From Microgenomates group bacterium Gr01-1014_7 (GTDB taxonomy: Bacteria; Patescibacteriota; Microgenomatia; Daviesbacterales; UBA10151), in contig VMGD01000003.1 of assembly GCA_007376405.1 (NCBI GenBank), positions 336-64,335 on the forward strand: 64,000 bases of DNA, given 5' to 3'. The notes below the pieces were generated by a model. The model ran no database searches and had not been told where the DNA came from. It was given only the letters and a program-made list of their open reading frames with translations. Of this stretch, positions 38,582-49,012 are shown piece by piece. The number at the start of each line of letters is the position of its first letter. Position 1 is the first letter of the stretch. A program made the position numbers and the translations under genes.

Positions 38582-39204
38582 CCTTTGCCCAAAATGCCAA
38601 ATAAAGGGTGAAAAGATTCACTTTCCTGCAAGCCAAAAACTATATATGTTCTTATCGTAGAACGAGGGGTCTGCAATAAAAATAATTCAGCTCTTAAATA
38701 ATTTTCCGGCAAAGCTTTCAATGTATTCTCTCCAATCATAAGATTTGATCTTACATTTGAGGCAGCAGCTTCAGCAAGAAAATCAGCCTGTCTACCAGGT
38801 TGGCCAGATATACCATAATGCAACTGTTCCGGAGATCCTATGTTGCCATGAACTACCTCACCGGTATTTACTCCAATTCCAAAACGAACCTGCCATTTAA
38901 TCTCCTGAAAATCAACTAAAGCTTCCCTTAACTCTAGCGCGGTAGTTACAGCTTGCAAGATATGATCCGTTTGTCCTGGAAAAACTCCAAAAAAAGCTCT
39001 AGTGTAGTCACCACTAAATATATCTGCTATGGTTCCGCTATTTCGGTGGATTATTGGTTCGGTTACTTTGCAAAGAGCATTTATATACATTACTTCTTCC
39101 TGCGGATTTTCAAATGCCATATCTAAACTGCTTATACGTAAACTTAAAGATGTACGTGCACTCTGACCGGATGGAAATTCTGGTGGTCTGCCTTCAGCCG
39201 TCAT
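38578..39204 (-). CDS. Stand-alone degenerate class III nucleotide cyclase domain
   Basis: FSGDY..AFFG, GIGVNTGEVVHGNIGS. Confidence 0.7.
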   Translation of the reverse strand: MTAEGRPPEFPSGQSARTSLSLRISSLDMAFENPQEEVMYINALCKVTEPIIHRNSGTIADIFSGDYTRAFFGVFPGQTDHILQAVTTALELREALVDFQEIKWQVRFGIGVNTGEVVHGNIGSPEQLHYGISGQPGRQADFLAEAAASNVRSNLMIGENTLKALPENYLRAELFLLQTPRSTIRTYIVFGLQESESFHPLFGILGKG

Positions 39205-39276
39205 GGTTAGTTTGTACTCTAAAAAGATTAGTTTGTCAATATTATCAAAAAGCCTTATACTTAAAGATGGAATATT

Positions 39277-40659
39277 ATGATATACAAACCGACATTTTCC
39301 TCGGTAATTGCAAACCGGGGATTTTTAAACCTGTGGGTTAATCAGATTTTAGTTCAGCTTTCCTATAATTCCTTAAATTTTGCTTTAATTATTTGGGTTT
39401 TTAGCTTAACAGGATCAAACATCGCAGTTTCCGCATTGTTATTTGCTATTTACATACCTGCTGTAATTTTGGGGCTTTTTGCCGGAGTTTTGGTGGATGT
39501 TACGGACAGAAAAAAGATAATTCTTTCAATCAATATTTTACTTTCCATTTCTTATTTCAGTCTGATCTTTTTCAAGGAGAGTTACTTTGCTATCCTAATA
39601 ATTGCTTTTTTTGTTAATGCCCTGGGCCAATTTTACGCCCCGGCAGAAGCATCAGCAATCCCTCTAATTGTTAAAAGAAGGGAGCTTATTACTGCCAATT
39701 CTATTTTTTCTGCTACTTTATATTCCTGTTTTCTTTTAGGATTCGGTTTGGCTGGCCCTTTAATTACTCATTTAGGAATTGATTTTGTTTTTGGATTTGA
39801 AGGGATAGCCTTGGCACTGGGCTTTATTTTTGCTTTGAGCTTTCCCTCCATTATTACCAGGCCGGATGAAGAGGGTAAAAAATTGCTGGTGGCTTTAAGG
39901 AAAAGAAAATTTTCCGATATTAAGGATATTGGTATTATTGAAATTGTCAGAACAATGAGGTTAATAAGGGGGAAGTTGTCGGTTGTAACCTCAATCGGGA
40001 TTCTGGCAGGAGTACAGATGGTGGTTGGAATTCTGGCAGTACTGATGCCTGGATTTTTGGAAAACTCCTTACGGATTAAAGCAACAGATGCATCTTATGT
40101 TTTAGTTATTCCCCTTGGTGCGGGAATAGTCACGGGTGGACTCGTTTTGGGAAAATTAGCACATAAATTTGTCAAAAGAATACTGGTAGGCAGAGCCATT
40201 GTTTTTGGAGGTTTACTTTTTTTTCTGGTTGGGATATCTCCAATCATTTCACCGGCAATTAACTATTTGCATAAACCCAAGGCCCTGGCCTTTTTTACCC
40301 AACCGTCCCTCTCTTCAGTGTTAATAGTCGGATCATTTCTTTTAGGCATAGCCATGGTTTCAATTTTGGTTCCATCCCAAACAGTCTTACAGGAAAATAC
40401 TCCGGAACAGGATCGGGGAAAAGTCTTTTCCGTTTTAGGGGTGGCTATGGCCGCTCTTTCTTTGATCCCGGTACTTTTAGCAGGTGTTTTGGCAGATCTT
40501 TTTGGAACAGCGCCGATTTTTACCGGATTGGGAGCAGTTATAATGTTAATAGGACTTTTGGGGCTCAAACCAAGCTTATTTTTTCCCGGTAAAAGCTTGC
40601 CATATAAGACAAAAGAATTTTTAGGACTGGGACACTGGACAAAGAGCAATGTTTCTTAA
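39277..40659 (+). CDS. MFS transporter
   Basis: AGVLVD..DRKK motif, about 12 TM segments, RGKVF. Confidence 0.9.
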   Translation: MIYKPTFSSVIANRGFLNLWVNQILVQLSYNSLNFALIIWVFSLTGSNIAVSALLFAIYIPAVILGLFAGVLVDVTDRKKIILSINILLSISYFSLIFFKESYFAILIIAFFVNALGQFYAPAEASAIPLIVKRRELITANSIFSATLYSCFLLGFGLAGPLITHLGIDFVFGFEGIALALGFIFALSFPSIITRPDEEGKKLLVALRKRKFSDIKDIGIIEIVRTMRLIRGKLSVVTSIGILAGVQMVVGILAVLMPGFLENSLRIKATDASYVLVIPLGAGIVTGGLVLGKLAHKFVKRILVGRAIVFGGLLFFLVGISPIISPAINYLHKPKALAFFTQPSLSSVLIVGSFLLGIAMVSILVPSQTVLQENTPEQDRGKVFSVLGVAMAALSLIPVLLAGVLADLFGTAPIFTGLGAVIMLIGLLGLKPSLFFPGKSLPYKTKEFLGLGHWTKSNVS

Positions 40660-41752
40660 AGCTTTTAATCTGACAAACTTCCGCAATTATGCCCGGCTGG
40701 AATTAAATTTCGATACACGCCCTACTATTTTAGTGGGTAATAATGCTGCCGGAAAATCTAATCTTCTGGAAGCTATTTATCTTCTTTCCACCACCAAATC
40801 TCTACGTGTTGAAACTGAAGATGAGTTGATTAAAGAAGGGGAGGAATTTGTCAGAGTGGAGGGATTTTTTCGTCCAGAGGACGACCAGCCTTTGGCTGGA
40901 GGTTCGGAAACCGAGCTTTTGGTAATAATCAACCGTTCTACAGAGCAAGTTAGCTTCAGGAAAAAAGTAATGGTTAACGGAATTTCCAAAAGAGCAGTTG
41001 ATTTTATTGGAAACTTACCGGCTGTAATTTTTTATCCTCAAGATATAAATATGGTAACCGGTGCTCCCAGCCTTCGCCGGTGGCATTTGGATTTAAGTCT
41101 TGCGCAAGTGGATTCTTCCTATAAAAAAACATTAACTTTATATGAGCAGATTTTAACTAATAGAAATAGAGTGTTAAAGAGCATCAGGGAAGGACAAGGG
41201 AAGGCAGATGAGCTTAAATACTGGACAGATGAGCTGGCAGAAAAGGGGGAAGGGGTAAGGGTAAAGCGTGAAGAATTCTTCAAGTTTATTAATAATCTGG
41301 AAAGTCCGTTGGGGGATTTTAGGTTTGAGTATTTACAGAGTCCGATTTCTGTAGAAAGATTAAGGGAAACAAATGGCAGGGAAGTGGCTGCGGCAGCAAC
41401 ATTGATAGGACCACATCGTGACGATTTTGTCGTCACGACCCTGAGCGAAGTCGAAGGGCAGGGATCACGTGATCTGGCACATTTCGGTTCAAGAGGTGAG
41501 CAAAGAACCGCTACTTTAGCCTTTAAATTAGCTCAGCTTGAATATATGGCTAAAATTTTGGGGAAGAGGCCAATACTTTTATTGGATGATGTTTTTTCCG
41601 AGCTGGATGCCAATCACCGGGCTCATGTGGTGGAAATAGTTGGCAAACAGCAAACAATCATTGCCACAGTTGAACTGGAAAATATTCCTAAATCCTTTTT
41701 AGATTCTGCAAGAATTCTTAAAGTGGAGGATGGAAAAATCAGCGGGAGTTGA
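40649..41752 (+). CDS. recF: DNA replication/repair protein RecF
   Basis: NFRNY, GNNAAGKSN, GPHRDD, SRGEQR, LLDDVFSELD. Confidence 0.95.
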   Translation: MFLKAFNLTNFRNYARLELNFDTRPTILVGNNAAGKSNLLEAIYLLSTTKSLRVETEDELIKEGEEFVRVEGFFRPEDDQPLAGGSETELLVIINRSTEQVSFRKKVMVNGISKRAVDFIGNLPAVIFYPQDINMVTGAPSLRRWHLDLSLAQVDSSYKKTLTLYEQILTNRNRVLKSIREGQGKADELKYWTDELAEKGEGVRVKREEFFKFINNLESPLGDFRFEYLQSPISVERLRETNGREVAAAATLIGPHRDDFVVTTLSEVEGQGSRDLAHFGSRGEQRTATLAFKLAQLEYMAKILGKRPILLLDDVFSELDANHRAHVVEIVGKQQTIIATVELENIPKSFLDSARILKVEDGKISGS

Positions 41753-41999
41753 ATCTGGAGGCAAGGCGGGAGAGCTGGTAAGTTATTAAGACTGCCAGAA
41801 AAGTTATTAAAAGTGCATAAATTAGTTTTGACAAAAGGCCTGATCCGGGAATTCTCGGCTCAATAAAATCATTAACAGCTTGTTGTATAGCTTCATTCCA
41901 GGCCAGTGCTGCCACCAGTCCAAATCCGGAGGTGGAAAGGGTAACCAGTTGCTGTACCAGTTCCTGATGAAAGGCCTTTTCTTTTTTATAGTCTGTCAT
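41739..41999 (-). CDS. Small membrane protein (DUF5654-like)
   Basis: GFGLVAALAWNEAI motif. Confidence 0.75.
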   Translation of the reverse strand: MTDYKKEKAFHQELVQQLVTLSTSGFGLVAALAWNEAIQQAVNDFIEPRIPGSGLLSKLIYALLITFLAVLITYQLSRLASRFNSR

Positions 42000-42013
42000 G
42001 ATAATATTCTAGC

Positions 42014-43072
42014 ATGCCGAAAAAAATAACGCTACCGGGTCTGGTTGATGTGCACACACACTTGCGAGAACCCGGAGCTACCCAGAAAGAGGATTTTGAA
42101 ACAGGCACCAAGGCTGCGGCTGCAGGAGGTTATACGGTTATTTTAGACATGCCTAATAATCCTATTCCCACTGTTTCCCCGCAAGCTCTAGATCAAAAAA
42201 TAGCTTTGGCAACAGGCAGAATTTACTGTGATTTGGGTTTTCACTTTGGAGCAACAAAAGACTCAACAAAGCATTTTAATCTATTAAAAAATAAAATATT
42301 TGGTTTAAAAGTTTACATGAATCATACAACAGGGGATTTACTATTGGAAGATGGTCATATTTTGGAAGAAGTTTTCTCCAGATGGCCAAAGGGCAAGATT
42401 ATAATGGTTCATGCGGAAGGTGAAACACTAATTAAAGCGATAAATTTTGCCGGGAAATTTAAATCAAGGCTTCATGTTTGTCATATAGCCACAAAGCAGG
42501 AAATTGAACTTATAAAAAAAGCAAAAAAACAGGGATTAGATATTAGCTGTGAAGTTTCATGTCATCATTTATTCTTAACAGAAGAGGATGCAAAAAGCTT
42601 GGGTCCGTTTGGCAAGGTAAGGCCGCCACTGGCTACGGAAGAAGATAGAAAATCCCTGTGGGATAATCTGGACAGTATAGATATGATTGCCTCCGACCAT
42701 GCTCCTCATACCAAAGAGGAAAAAAACGGGCCCAATCCACCCAATGGAGTGCCGGGTTTGGAAACCAGTTTACCCTTGCTTTTAACAGCAGTTAGTGAAG
42801 GTAGATTAACTATAGAAAAGTTAATAGAGTTAACAAATGAAAACCCGAGAAGAATATTTAACATCCCGGATCAGCCCGATACTTTTATTGAAGTTGAATT
42901 TACTAAACCCTATATCCTAAACCCTATACCCTTGTTTACTAAATGCCACTGGACTCCTTTTGAAGGTATGGAAGTTAGAGGAAGGGTTAAAAGGGTAATT
43001 CTGCGTGGGCAAATTGTTTTTGAAGATGGCAAAATTTCCGGTCCGTTTGGAAAAGTAATATTCCCATCTTAA
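42014..43072 (+). CDS. pyrC: Dihydroorotase
   Basis: DVHTHLREPG, DMPN, RPPL, SDHAPH. Confidence 0.93.
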   Translation: MPKKITLPGLVDVHTHLREPGATQKEDFETGTKAAAAGGYTVILDMPNNPIPTVSPQALDQKIALATGRIYCDLGFHFGATKDSTKHFNLLKNKIFGLKVYMNHTTGDLLLEDGHILEEVFSRWPKGKIIMVHAEGETLIKAINFAGKFKSRLHVCHIATKQEIELIKKAKKQGLDISCEVSCHHLFLTEEDAKSLGPFGKVRPPLATEEDRKSLWDNLDSIDMIASDHAPHTKEEKNGPNPPNGVPGLETSLPLLLTAVSEGRLTIEKLIELTNENPRRIFNIPDQPDTFIEVEFTKPYILNPIPLFTKCHWTPFEGMEVRGRVKRVILRGQIVFEDGKISGPFGKVIFPS

Positions 43073-43129
43073 CATACATCTTGGGCGATTGACATAATAC
43101 ATAATGTATGGTATGGTTACATACATAGG

Positions 43130-43426
43130 ATGGATATTGATTTTGATGATTTAGAGGGTTTTGACTGGGATCAGGGCAATCTTGAGCATATTAAGAAACA
43201 TGATGTTGCCAGGGAAGAATGTGAGCAGTCATTTTTAAATAAGCCTGTTTTTATAAATAAAGATGAAACTCATTCACAGAAAGAAGAACGGTTTCGCCTT
43301 TACGGACAAACTGACAGTGCAAGATTAATAATTTTAATATTTACAATCAGAGATAAAAAAATTAGGGTAATCTCGGCAAGAGATCAAACTAAAATGGAAC
43401 GGGAAGAATTTAGAAAAAGGAGGTGA
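43130..43426 (+). CDS. BrnT toxin
   Basis: FDWDQGN..KH.V, HSQKEERF, RVISARD. Confidence 0.88.
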   Translation: MDIDFDDLEGFDWDQGNLEHIKKHDVAREECEQSFLNKPVFINKDETHSQKEERFRLYGQTDSARLIILIFTIRDKKIRVISARDQTKMEREEFRKRR

Positions 43427-43432
43427 AGATTT

Positions 43433-43711
43433 ATGAAAAAGTTAAAAAAAATACCAAGATTTAAAAACGAAGATGAGGAAGATAAATTCTGGTCTACTCA
43501 CGATACCACTGATTACTTTGATTTTAGCAAAGCAATAGTTAATCCCAGCTTCCCAAACCTGAAGCCGTCTACAAGAAACATCACTATGAGGGTTTCTGAA
43601 TCAATGCTAAGAGATCTGAAGATGTTGGCCAATAAAAAGGATGTTCCGTACCAATCACTGGCTAAGATGTTTTTAGATGAGAAAATAAAGGAGGCACAAA
43701 TTAATAGTTGA
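43433..43711 (+). CDS. BrnA/CopG-like antitoxin
   Basis: IPRFKNEDEE..FW.THD, FPNLKPS, VPYQSL. Confidence 0.85.
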   Translation: MKKLKKIPRFKNEDEEDKFWSTHDTTDYFDFSKAIVNPSFPNLKPSTRNITMRVSESMLRDLKMLANKKDVPYQSLAKMFLDEKIKEAQINS

Positions 43712-43832
43712 CAGGGAGGACTTTTATCGCTAAACTAGCAAAAGATTTATGGTAGTTCTTAGAATTAAATATCAGTTTGAATATGAAATATTATCCCGCC
43801 GTGGCGGGATTTTTTTTGAAAAAAATGAATAA
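43708..43832 (+). promoter_or_regulatory. pyrB promoter, leader ORF (43749-43832) and attenuator
   Basis: TTGACA-17-TAAACT; leader MVVLRIKYQFEYEILSRRGGIFFEKNE* spans the terminator. Confidence 0.6.
43793..43817 (+). terminator. Intrinsic terminator upstream of pyrB
   Basis: ATCCCGC-CGTG-GCGGGAT followed by T7. Confidence 0.75.
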
Positions 43833-44766
43833 ATTTAATTTTAAGGGTAGGGATATTATAGATATAAATGACTTTTCCAAAGAAGAACTGCTTTTTATTT
43901 TGAAAATGGCCAAAAAATTTGATCCCGAATATGTTAAAAGCGACCGGTCAAACTACACTATTGCCCAGGGTAAAATTGCAGGATTATTATTTTTTGAACA
44001 ATCTACCCGAACTGAACAATCATTTAGATCAGCTGCTCAAAAAATAGGCATGGGCATAATTGGATTTAATGATCCGCAGTCCACATCTATTCACAAAGGA
44101 GAGAGTTTTCCCGACACTATCAGAATAATGGATTCATATGCGGATTGTTTGATCATAAGACATCCTAAAGGTGGAGCTGCCAAAGATGCCGCAGAGGTAG
44201 CTGCGATACCGGTAATTAATGCCGGGGACGGCCCCAACCAACATCCTACACAAACTATACTGGATCTTTATACCATACAAAAAGTTGCCGGCAAATTAGA
44301 AGGTATTACAGTAGCTTTAATGGGGGATTTAAAATATGGAAGAACTGTTCATGCGTTATCTATTGCCTTAAGTCACTTTAATGTAAAACAAATTTTTATC
44401 TCCCACCCCTCTTTGGCAATGCCACAAGAATATTTAAACATTTTAAAGACAAGGAATCGAAAATATGAAGTATGGGAGAAGTTATCAATGGATTTGGAAG
44501 GAGTAGATTTTTTGTATCAAACCAGAGTTCAAAAAGAAAGATTTGCTAATTTGAATGAATATAAAAAAATAAAAGATTTATTTATACTTGACAAATCTTT
44601 TAAAAAATATCTTGATAGAGGAGTTAAACTTATGCATCCTTTGCCCAGGGTTAATGAAATAGATCCGGAGCTGGATGCACATCCTAATGCTATTTATTTT
44701 CAGCAAGCCAGGAATGGATTATATATAAGGGAAGCTTTGCTGGCACTGGTTCTTGGCAGGCTTTAA
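43825..44766 (+). CDS. pyrB: Aspartate carbamoyltransferase
   Basis: FFEQSTRT, INAGDG..HPTQ, GDLKYGRT, HPLPR; start moved to the ATG after the terminator. Confidence 0.95.
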   Translation: MNKFNFKGRDIIDINDFSKEELLFILKMAKKFDPEYVKSDRSNYTIAQGKIAGLLFFEQSTRTEQSFRSAAQKIGMGIIGFNDPQSTSIHKGESFPDTIRIMDSYADCLIIRHPKGGAAKDAAEVAAIPVINAGDGPNQHPTQTILDLYTIQKVAGKLEGITVALMGDLKYGRTVHALSIALSHFNVKQIFISHPSLAMPQEYLNILKTRNRKYEVWEKLSMDLEGVDFLYQTRVQKERFANLNEYKKIKDLFILDKSFKKYLDRGVKLMHPLPRVNEIDPELDAHPNAIYFQQARNGLYIREALLALVLGRL

Positions 44767-44783
44767 AGAGTAAAGGACTTTTT

Positions 44784-45812
44784 ATGCAGGGAAAACTTGT
44801 CCTGTCAGACGGGACTTATTTTTTAGGGGAAAGTTTTGGAGCTTTAGGTTCTACTTCAGGAGAGGTAGTTTTTAATACCGGCATGGTGGGGTATCCGGAA
44901 TCTTTAACTGATCCATCATATTTTGGCCAAATTCTGGTTTTAACATATCCACTGGCAGGAAATTATGGAGTCCCCAAAAAAGAATTCTGGGAATCCAAAA
45001 AAATTCAGGTAAAGGCTTTGATAGTACAAAATTATATTAATCATCCTTCACATTTTGAATCGGAAAGAAGTTTAGGTCAATGGCTTAAAGATGAGGGAAT
45101 ACCTGCACTTCAGGGAGTAGATACCCGAATGCTCACAAGAAAGCTTCGTCAGCATGGTGTTATGCTTGGAAAAATTGGGGATGCTAATATTTATGATCCC
45201 AATTATGAAAACCTCCTGCCATATGTCAGTACGGCTAAAGTAGAAACTTATGGCAGTGGCAGGAAAAATATTTTGCTTATTGATTGTGGGGCTAAAGAAA
45301 ATATTATCAGGAGTTTGATAAAGCGCGGAGTTAGGGTAACAAAAGTACCCTGGGATTTTAATCCCATGCGGGCAAAGTTTGATTTTGACGGAGTTTTTAT
45401 TTCCAATGGTCCCGGGAATCCAAAACAAGCTAAAAAAACTATAAAAAATGTTACAGGAATTTTAAAGCAAGGTATTCCTGCTTTGGGAATTTGCCTTGGT
45501 AGCCAGATTTTGGCTTTGGCAGCAGGAGGAAACACTTATAAATTAAAGTTTGGTCACAGAGGACAAAACCAGCCGGTTTTAAATTGCATTACTAATAAAT
45601 CCATAATCACTTCTCAAAATCACGGGTTTGCAGTTGATATGAAATCATTGGATTCAGGCTGGAGGGAGTGGTTTGTTAATTTAAATGACGGAACAAATGA
45701 AGGTATCAGGCACAAAAAAAGGCCATTTCTGGCAGTGCAGTTTCATCCGGAAGCTTCCCCCGGTCCATTAGACGCAAGTTATTTATTTGATGAATTTATT
45801 GGAGAATTATGA
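44784..45812 (+). CDS. carA: Carbamoyl-phosphate synthase small subunit
   Basis: GEVVFNTGMVGY, SNGPG, GICLG, QNHG, QFHPE. Confidence 0.96.
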   Translation: MQGKLVLSDGTYFLGESFGALGSTSGEVVFNTGMVGYPESLTDPSYFGQILVLTYPLAGNYGVPKKEFWESKKIQVKALIVQNYINHPSHFESERSLGQWLKDEGIPALQGVDTRMLTRKLRQHGVMLGKIGDANIYDPNYENLLPYVSTAKVETYGSGRKNILLIDCGAKENIIRSLIKRGVRVTKVPWDFNPMRAKFDFDGVFISNGPGNPKQAKKTIKNVTGILKQGIPALGICLGSQILALAAGGNTYKLKFGHRGQNQPVLNCITNKSIITSQNHGFAVDMKSLDSGWREWFVNLNDGTNEGIRHKKRPFLAVQFHPEASPGPLDASYLFDEFIGEL

Positions 45813-48800
45813 AGAAAGTACTAATTCTTGGTTCGGGAGCGCTAAAAATAGGTGAGGCCGGAGAATTTGATTACTCGGGCTCGCAAGCTTTAAAGGCCTT
45901 AAAAGAAGAAGGCGTTGCGACAGTTTTAATTAACCCTAATATTGCAACCATACAAACCTCAAAAGAGCTGGCTACTAAAGTTTACTTTTTACCGGTGACT
46001 CCCTATTTTGTCATCAGAGTAATTGAGAAAGAAAGGCCTGATGGGATTTTTTTATCATTTGGAGGGCAAACTGCCTTAAATTGTGGACTGGCACTTAATA
46101 AAAAGGGAGTTCTGAAAAAATATAATGTAGTTGTTTTAGGGACTCCTGTTAAAAGTATAGAGATAACTGAAGACAGGGAGCTTTTTGCTAAAGAGCTTGC
46201 AAAAATCGGGGTTAAAGTACCCATGGGGGGGTTTGCCAAGACTGTTGAGGATGCAAAAAAAATCGCTCACGGTTTAGGTTATCCGGTTTTGATAAGGTCC
46301 GGATTTTCTTTAGGAGGTTTGGGTTCAGGAATAATAGAAAAAGAAAAAGATTTAATAAAGATGGTTTCAGTAGCCTTAAAGCATGCCCCCCAAATAGCAG
46401 TTGAAGAGTATTTAAAACACTGGAAAGAAATAGAATATGAAGTGGTAAGAGATAATCTGGGTAATGAAATTACTGTCTGCAACATGGAAAACATGGATCC
46501 ATTAGGTATCCATACGGGGGAGAGTATTGTAGTTGCTCCATCTCAAACCCTTAATAATTATCAGTATCATATGCTCCGCAAGTTATCTTTGCAGGTAGTT
46601 GAACATTTAGGTGTAGTGGGAGAATGTAATATCCAGTTTGCTCTAAATCCCAAAGATAATGATTATCGGGTAATTGAAGTAAATGCCAGGTTATCCAGGT
46701 CATCTGCTCTGGCTTCAAAAGCAACAGGATATCCGCTTGCGTATATTGCCGCAAAGATTGGCCTGGATTATAACTTGTCTGATTTAAAAAATTCTGTTAC
46801 AGAATCTACCTCTGCCTTTTTTGAGCCGGCTCTGGATTATCTGGTGGTTAAAATTCCCCGCTGGGATTTGCAAAAATTCGCGGGAGCCAAAGAGTCTATT
46901 GGATCAGAAATGAAAAGCGTAGGTGAAGTAATGGCTATTGGCAGAAGTTTTCCTGAATGTCTGCAAAAGGGTGTAAGAATGCTGGAAACCGGCCAGGACG
47001 GACTTTTATCAAACGGGGTTGATGATACCAAACTTACACCTACTTCCGAGCGTCTTTTTGCCGTAGCCAAAAGACTGTCAAAGCTAGAAAGTGTTGATGA
47101 TATTTATCAGGAAACCGGTATTGACCCCTGGTTTTTATACCAGATTAAAAAAATAGTGGATTTTGAAATAAACTTAAAGAAAAAAAACCTTCTGGAAGCG
47201 AAAAAAATGGGATTTTCGGATAAAATAATTGCCAGAGCCTTTAAAAAAAGTGAAGAAGAGATCAGAAGTGACAGGAAAAAGCAGGGAATTGTCCCCAAAG
47301 TTAAGCATATTGATACTTTGGCAGCAGAGTATCCGGCAAAAACCAATTATTTGTATATGACTTATCATGGAGAGGAAAGTGAAGGGGAATCCCTCGACTA
47401 CGTTCGGGACAAGCGCGTGAAGCGTGAAGGGGAAAGCGAAAAAGCAATAGTCCTGGGGTCAGGGCCATACCGGATTGGGTCATCGGTTGAATTTGACTGG
47501 TGTTCGGTAACCGCGACGCAAACTCTAAAGAAAAAAGGAGTAGAGGTGGTACTAATAAATTGTAATCCTGAAACCGTTTCCACGGATTATGATATGGCAG
47601 ATAAACTGTACTTTGAAGAACTAACATTTGAACGTGTCAGTGATATTGCAGATATTGAGGGAGGGAATCTTGTATTATCTTTCGGAGGACAAATACCAAA
47701 CAATCTGGCAATGCCCGTATTCAAAGCAGGGTATAAAATTCTAGGCACGGCACCTCAAAATATTGACAAAGCAGAAGACCGGGATAAGTTTTCAAAGATT
47801 TTAGATAAATTAAATATTGGGCAACCGGCATGGAGAATCTTAAAATCCATTGATGATGCTATCGGGTTTGCCGGAATTATAACTTATCCTGTTTTAATCA
47901 GGCCTTCATATGTGCTTTCAGGATCAGCTATGAATGTTTGTTTTACCCCCCTGGAGTTAAAAAAATACTTAAAACAGGCAACAGAGGTTTCAAGTGAGCA
48001 TCCTGTGGTAATTTCCAAATTTATAGAAGGAGCCAAAGAAATAGAAATAGACGGAGTAGGGCAGGATGGTAAACTGATAATTTATGCTATTTCCGAACAT
48101 GTAGAAAATGCGGGGGTGCATTCCGGGGATGCAACTTTAGTTCTTCCCCCGCAAAAACTTTATCTGGAAACTGTCAGAAAGATCAAAGAAACTACTAAAA
48201 AAATACTGGCGGAGCTAAAAATAACCGGACCTTTTAATATCCAGTTTCTGGCAAAGAAAAATGAATTGCTTGTAATAGAGCTTAATTTACGCTCTTCCCG
48301 GTCTTTTCCCTTTGTTTCCAAAGTAACAGGCTATAATTTTGTGGATATGGCTACAAGGGTTATGCTGGGGGAGGATTTAAGAGGAGATTATCAGACAGTT
48401 GATCTTGACTACGTGGCAGTAAAAGCTCCACAATTTTCATTCCATCGGATCAAAGGGGCAGATCCAAGACTTCGGGTTGAAATGTCTTCAACAGGGGAGG
48501 TAGCCTGTTTTGGAGGGGATTTACAGGAAGCCTACTTAAAAGCTTTACTTTCTGTTGGATTTAAATTGCCTGAAAATGCGGTCTTTCTGGCACTGGGAGG
48601 GGATAAAAATAAACTTGATTTTTTACCTGCTGCCAAACTGTTAGTTTCCATGGGTCTTAAAATTTATGCTACGAAAGGAACTTCAAAATTTTTACAGGCA
48701 CAGGGGATAAACGCTACCCGTGCATTTAAAATCTCGGAGAAAAAATACCCCTCTGCTTTAGACTTGATGCAGCAGGGGAAAATAGATCTGGCTATTAATA

Positions 48801-48979
48801 TTTCCGAACCGGGGTCCGCAAAGGCAGAATCCGACGGGTTTGTTATCAGAAGAAACTGTGTTGATTTAGGAATTCCTTTAATTACCAATCTTCAGGCAGC
48901 GCAGCTTTTAATATCCTCTCTTTTTACCAAAAAAATAGAGGATCTGGAGATCAAATCCTGGGATGAGTATGTCAGATAG
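45809..48979 (+). CDS. carB: Carbamoyl-phosphate synthase large subunit
   Basis: GEFDYSG, GIHTGES, NCNPETVSTD, GVHSGD, MGS domain. Confidence 0.97.
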   Translation: MKKVLILGSGALKIGEAGEFDYSGSQALKALKEEGVATVLINPNIATIQTSKELATKVYFLPVTPYFVIRVIEKERPDGIFLSFGGQTALNCGLALNKKGVLKKYNVVVLGTPVKSIEITEDRELFAKELAKIGVKVPMGGFAKTVEDAKKIAHGLGYPVLIRSGFSLGGLGSGIIEKEKDLIKMVSVALKHAPQIAVEEYLKHWKEIEYEVVRDNLGNEITVCNMENMDPLGIHTGESIVVAPSQTLNNYQYHMLRKLSLQVVEHLGVVGECNIQFALNPKDNDYRVIEVNARLSRSSALASKATGYPLAYIAAKIGLDYNLSDLKNSVTESTSAFFEPALDYLVVKIPRWDLQKFAGAKESIGSEMKSVGEVMAIGRSFPECLQKGVRMLETGQDGLLSNGVDDTKLTPTSERLFAVAKRLSKLESVDDIYQETGIDPWFLYQIKKIVDFEINLKKKNLLEAKKMGFSDKIIARAFKKSEEEIRSDRKKQGIVPKVKHIDTLAAEYPAKTNYLYMTYHGEESEGESLDYVRDKRVKREGESEKAIVLGSGPYRIGSSVEFDWCSVTATQTLKKKGVEVVLINCNPETVSTDYDMADKLYFEELTFERVSDIADIEGGNLVLSFGGQIPNNLAMPVFKAGYKILGTAPQNIDKAEDRDKFSKILDKLNIGQPAWRILKSIDDAIGFAGIITYPVLIRPSYVLSGSAMNVCFTPLELKKYLKQATEVSSEHPVVISKFIEGAKEIEIDGVGQDGKLIIYAISEHVENAGVHSGDATLVLPPQKLYLETVRKIKETTKKILAELKITGPFNIQFLAKKNELLVIELNLRSSRSFPFVSKVTGYNFVDMATRVMLGEDLRGDYQTVDLDYVAVKAPQFSFHRIKGADPRLRVEMSSTGEVACFGGDLQEAYLKALLSVGFKLPENAVFLALGGDKNKLDFLPAAKLLVSMGLKIYATKGTSKFLQAQGINATRAFKISEKKYPSALDLMQQGKIDLAINISEPGSAKAESDGFVIRRNCVDLGIPLITNLQAAQLLISSLFTKKIEDLEIKSWDEYVR

Positions 48980-49012
48980 ATTTTTTGCGGGAAATATGGC
49001 AAGATAGGGTTA

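Noticed and set aside
43777-43824. ORF-track N-terminal extensions of pyrB (also trpS 19475, four-helix 52100, Phd 63900)
   Set aside because: They translate terminator, promoter or repeat DNA; conserved sequence starts at downstream ATGs
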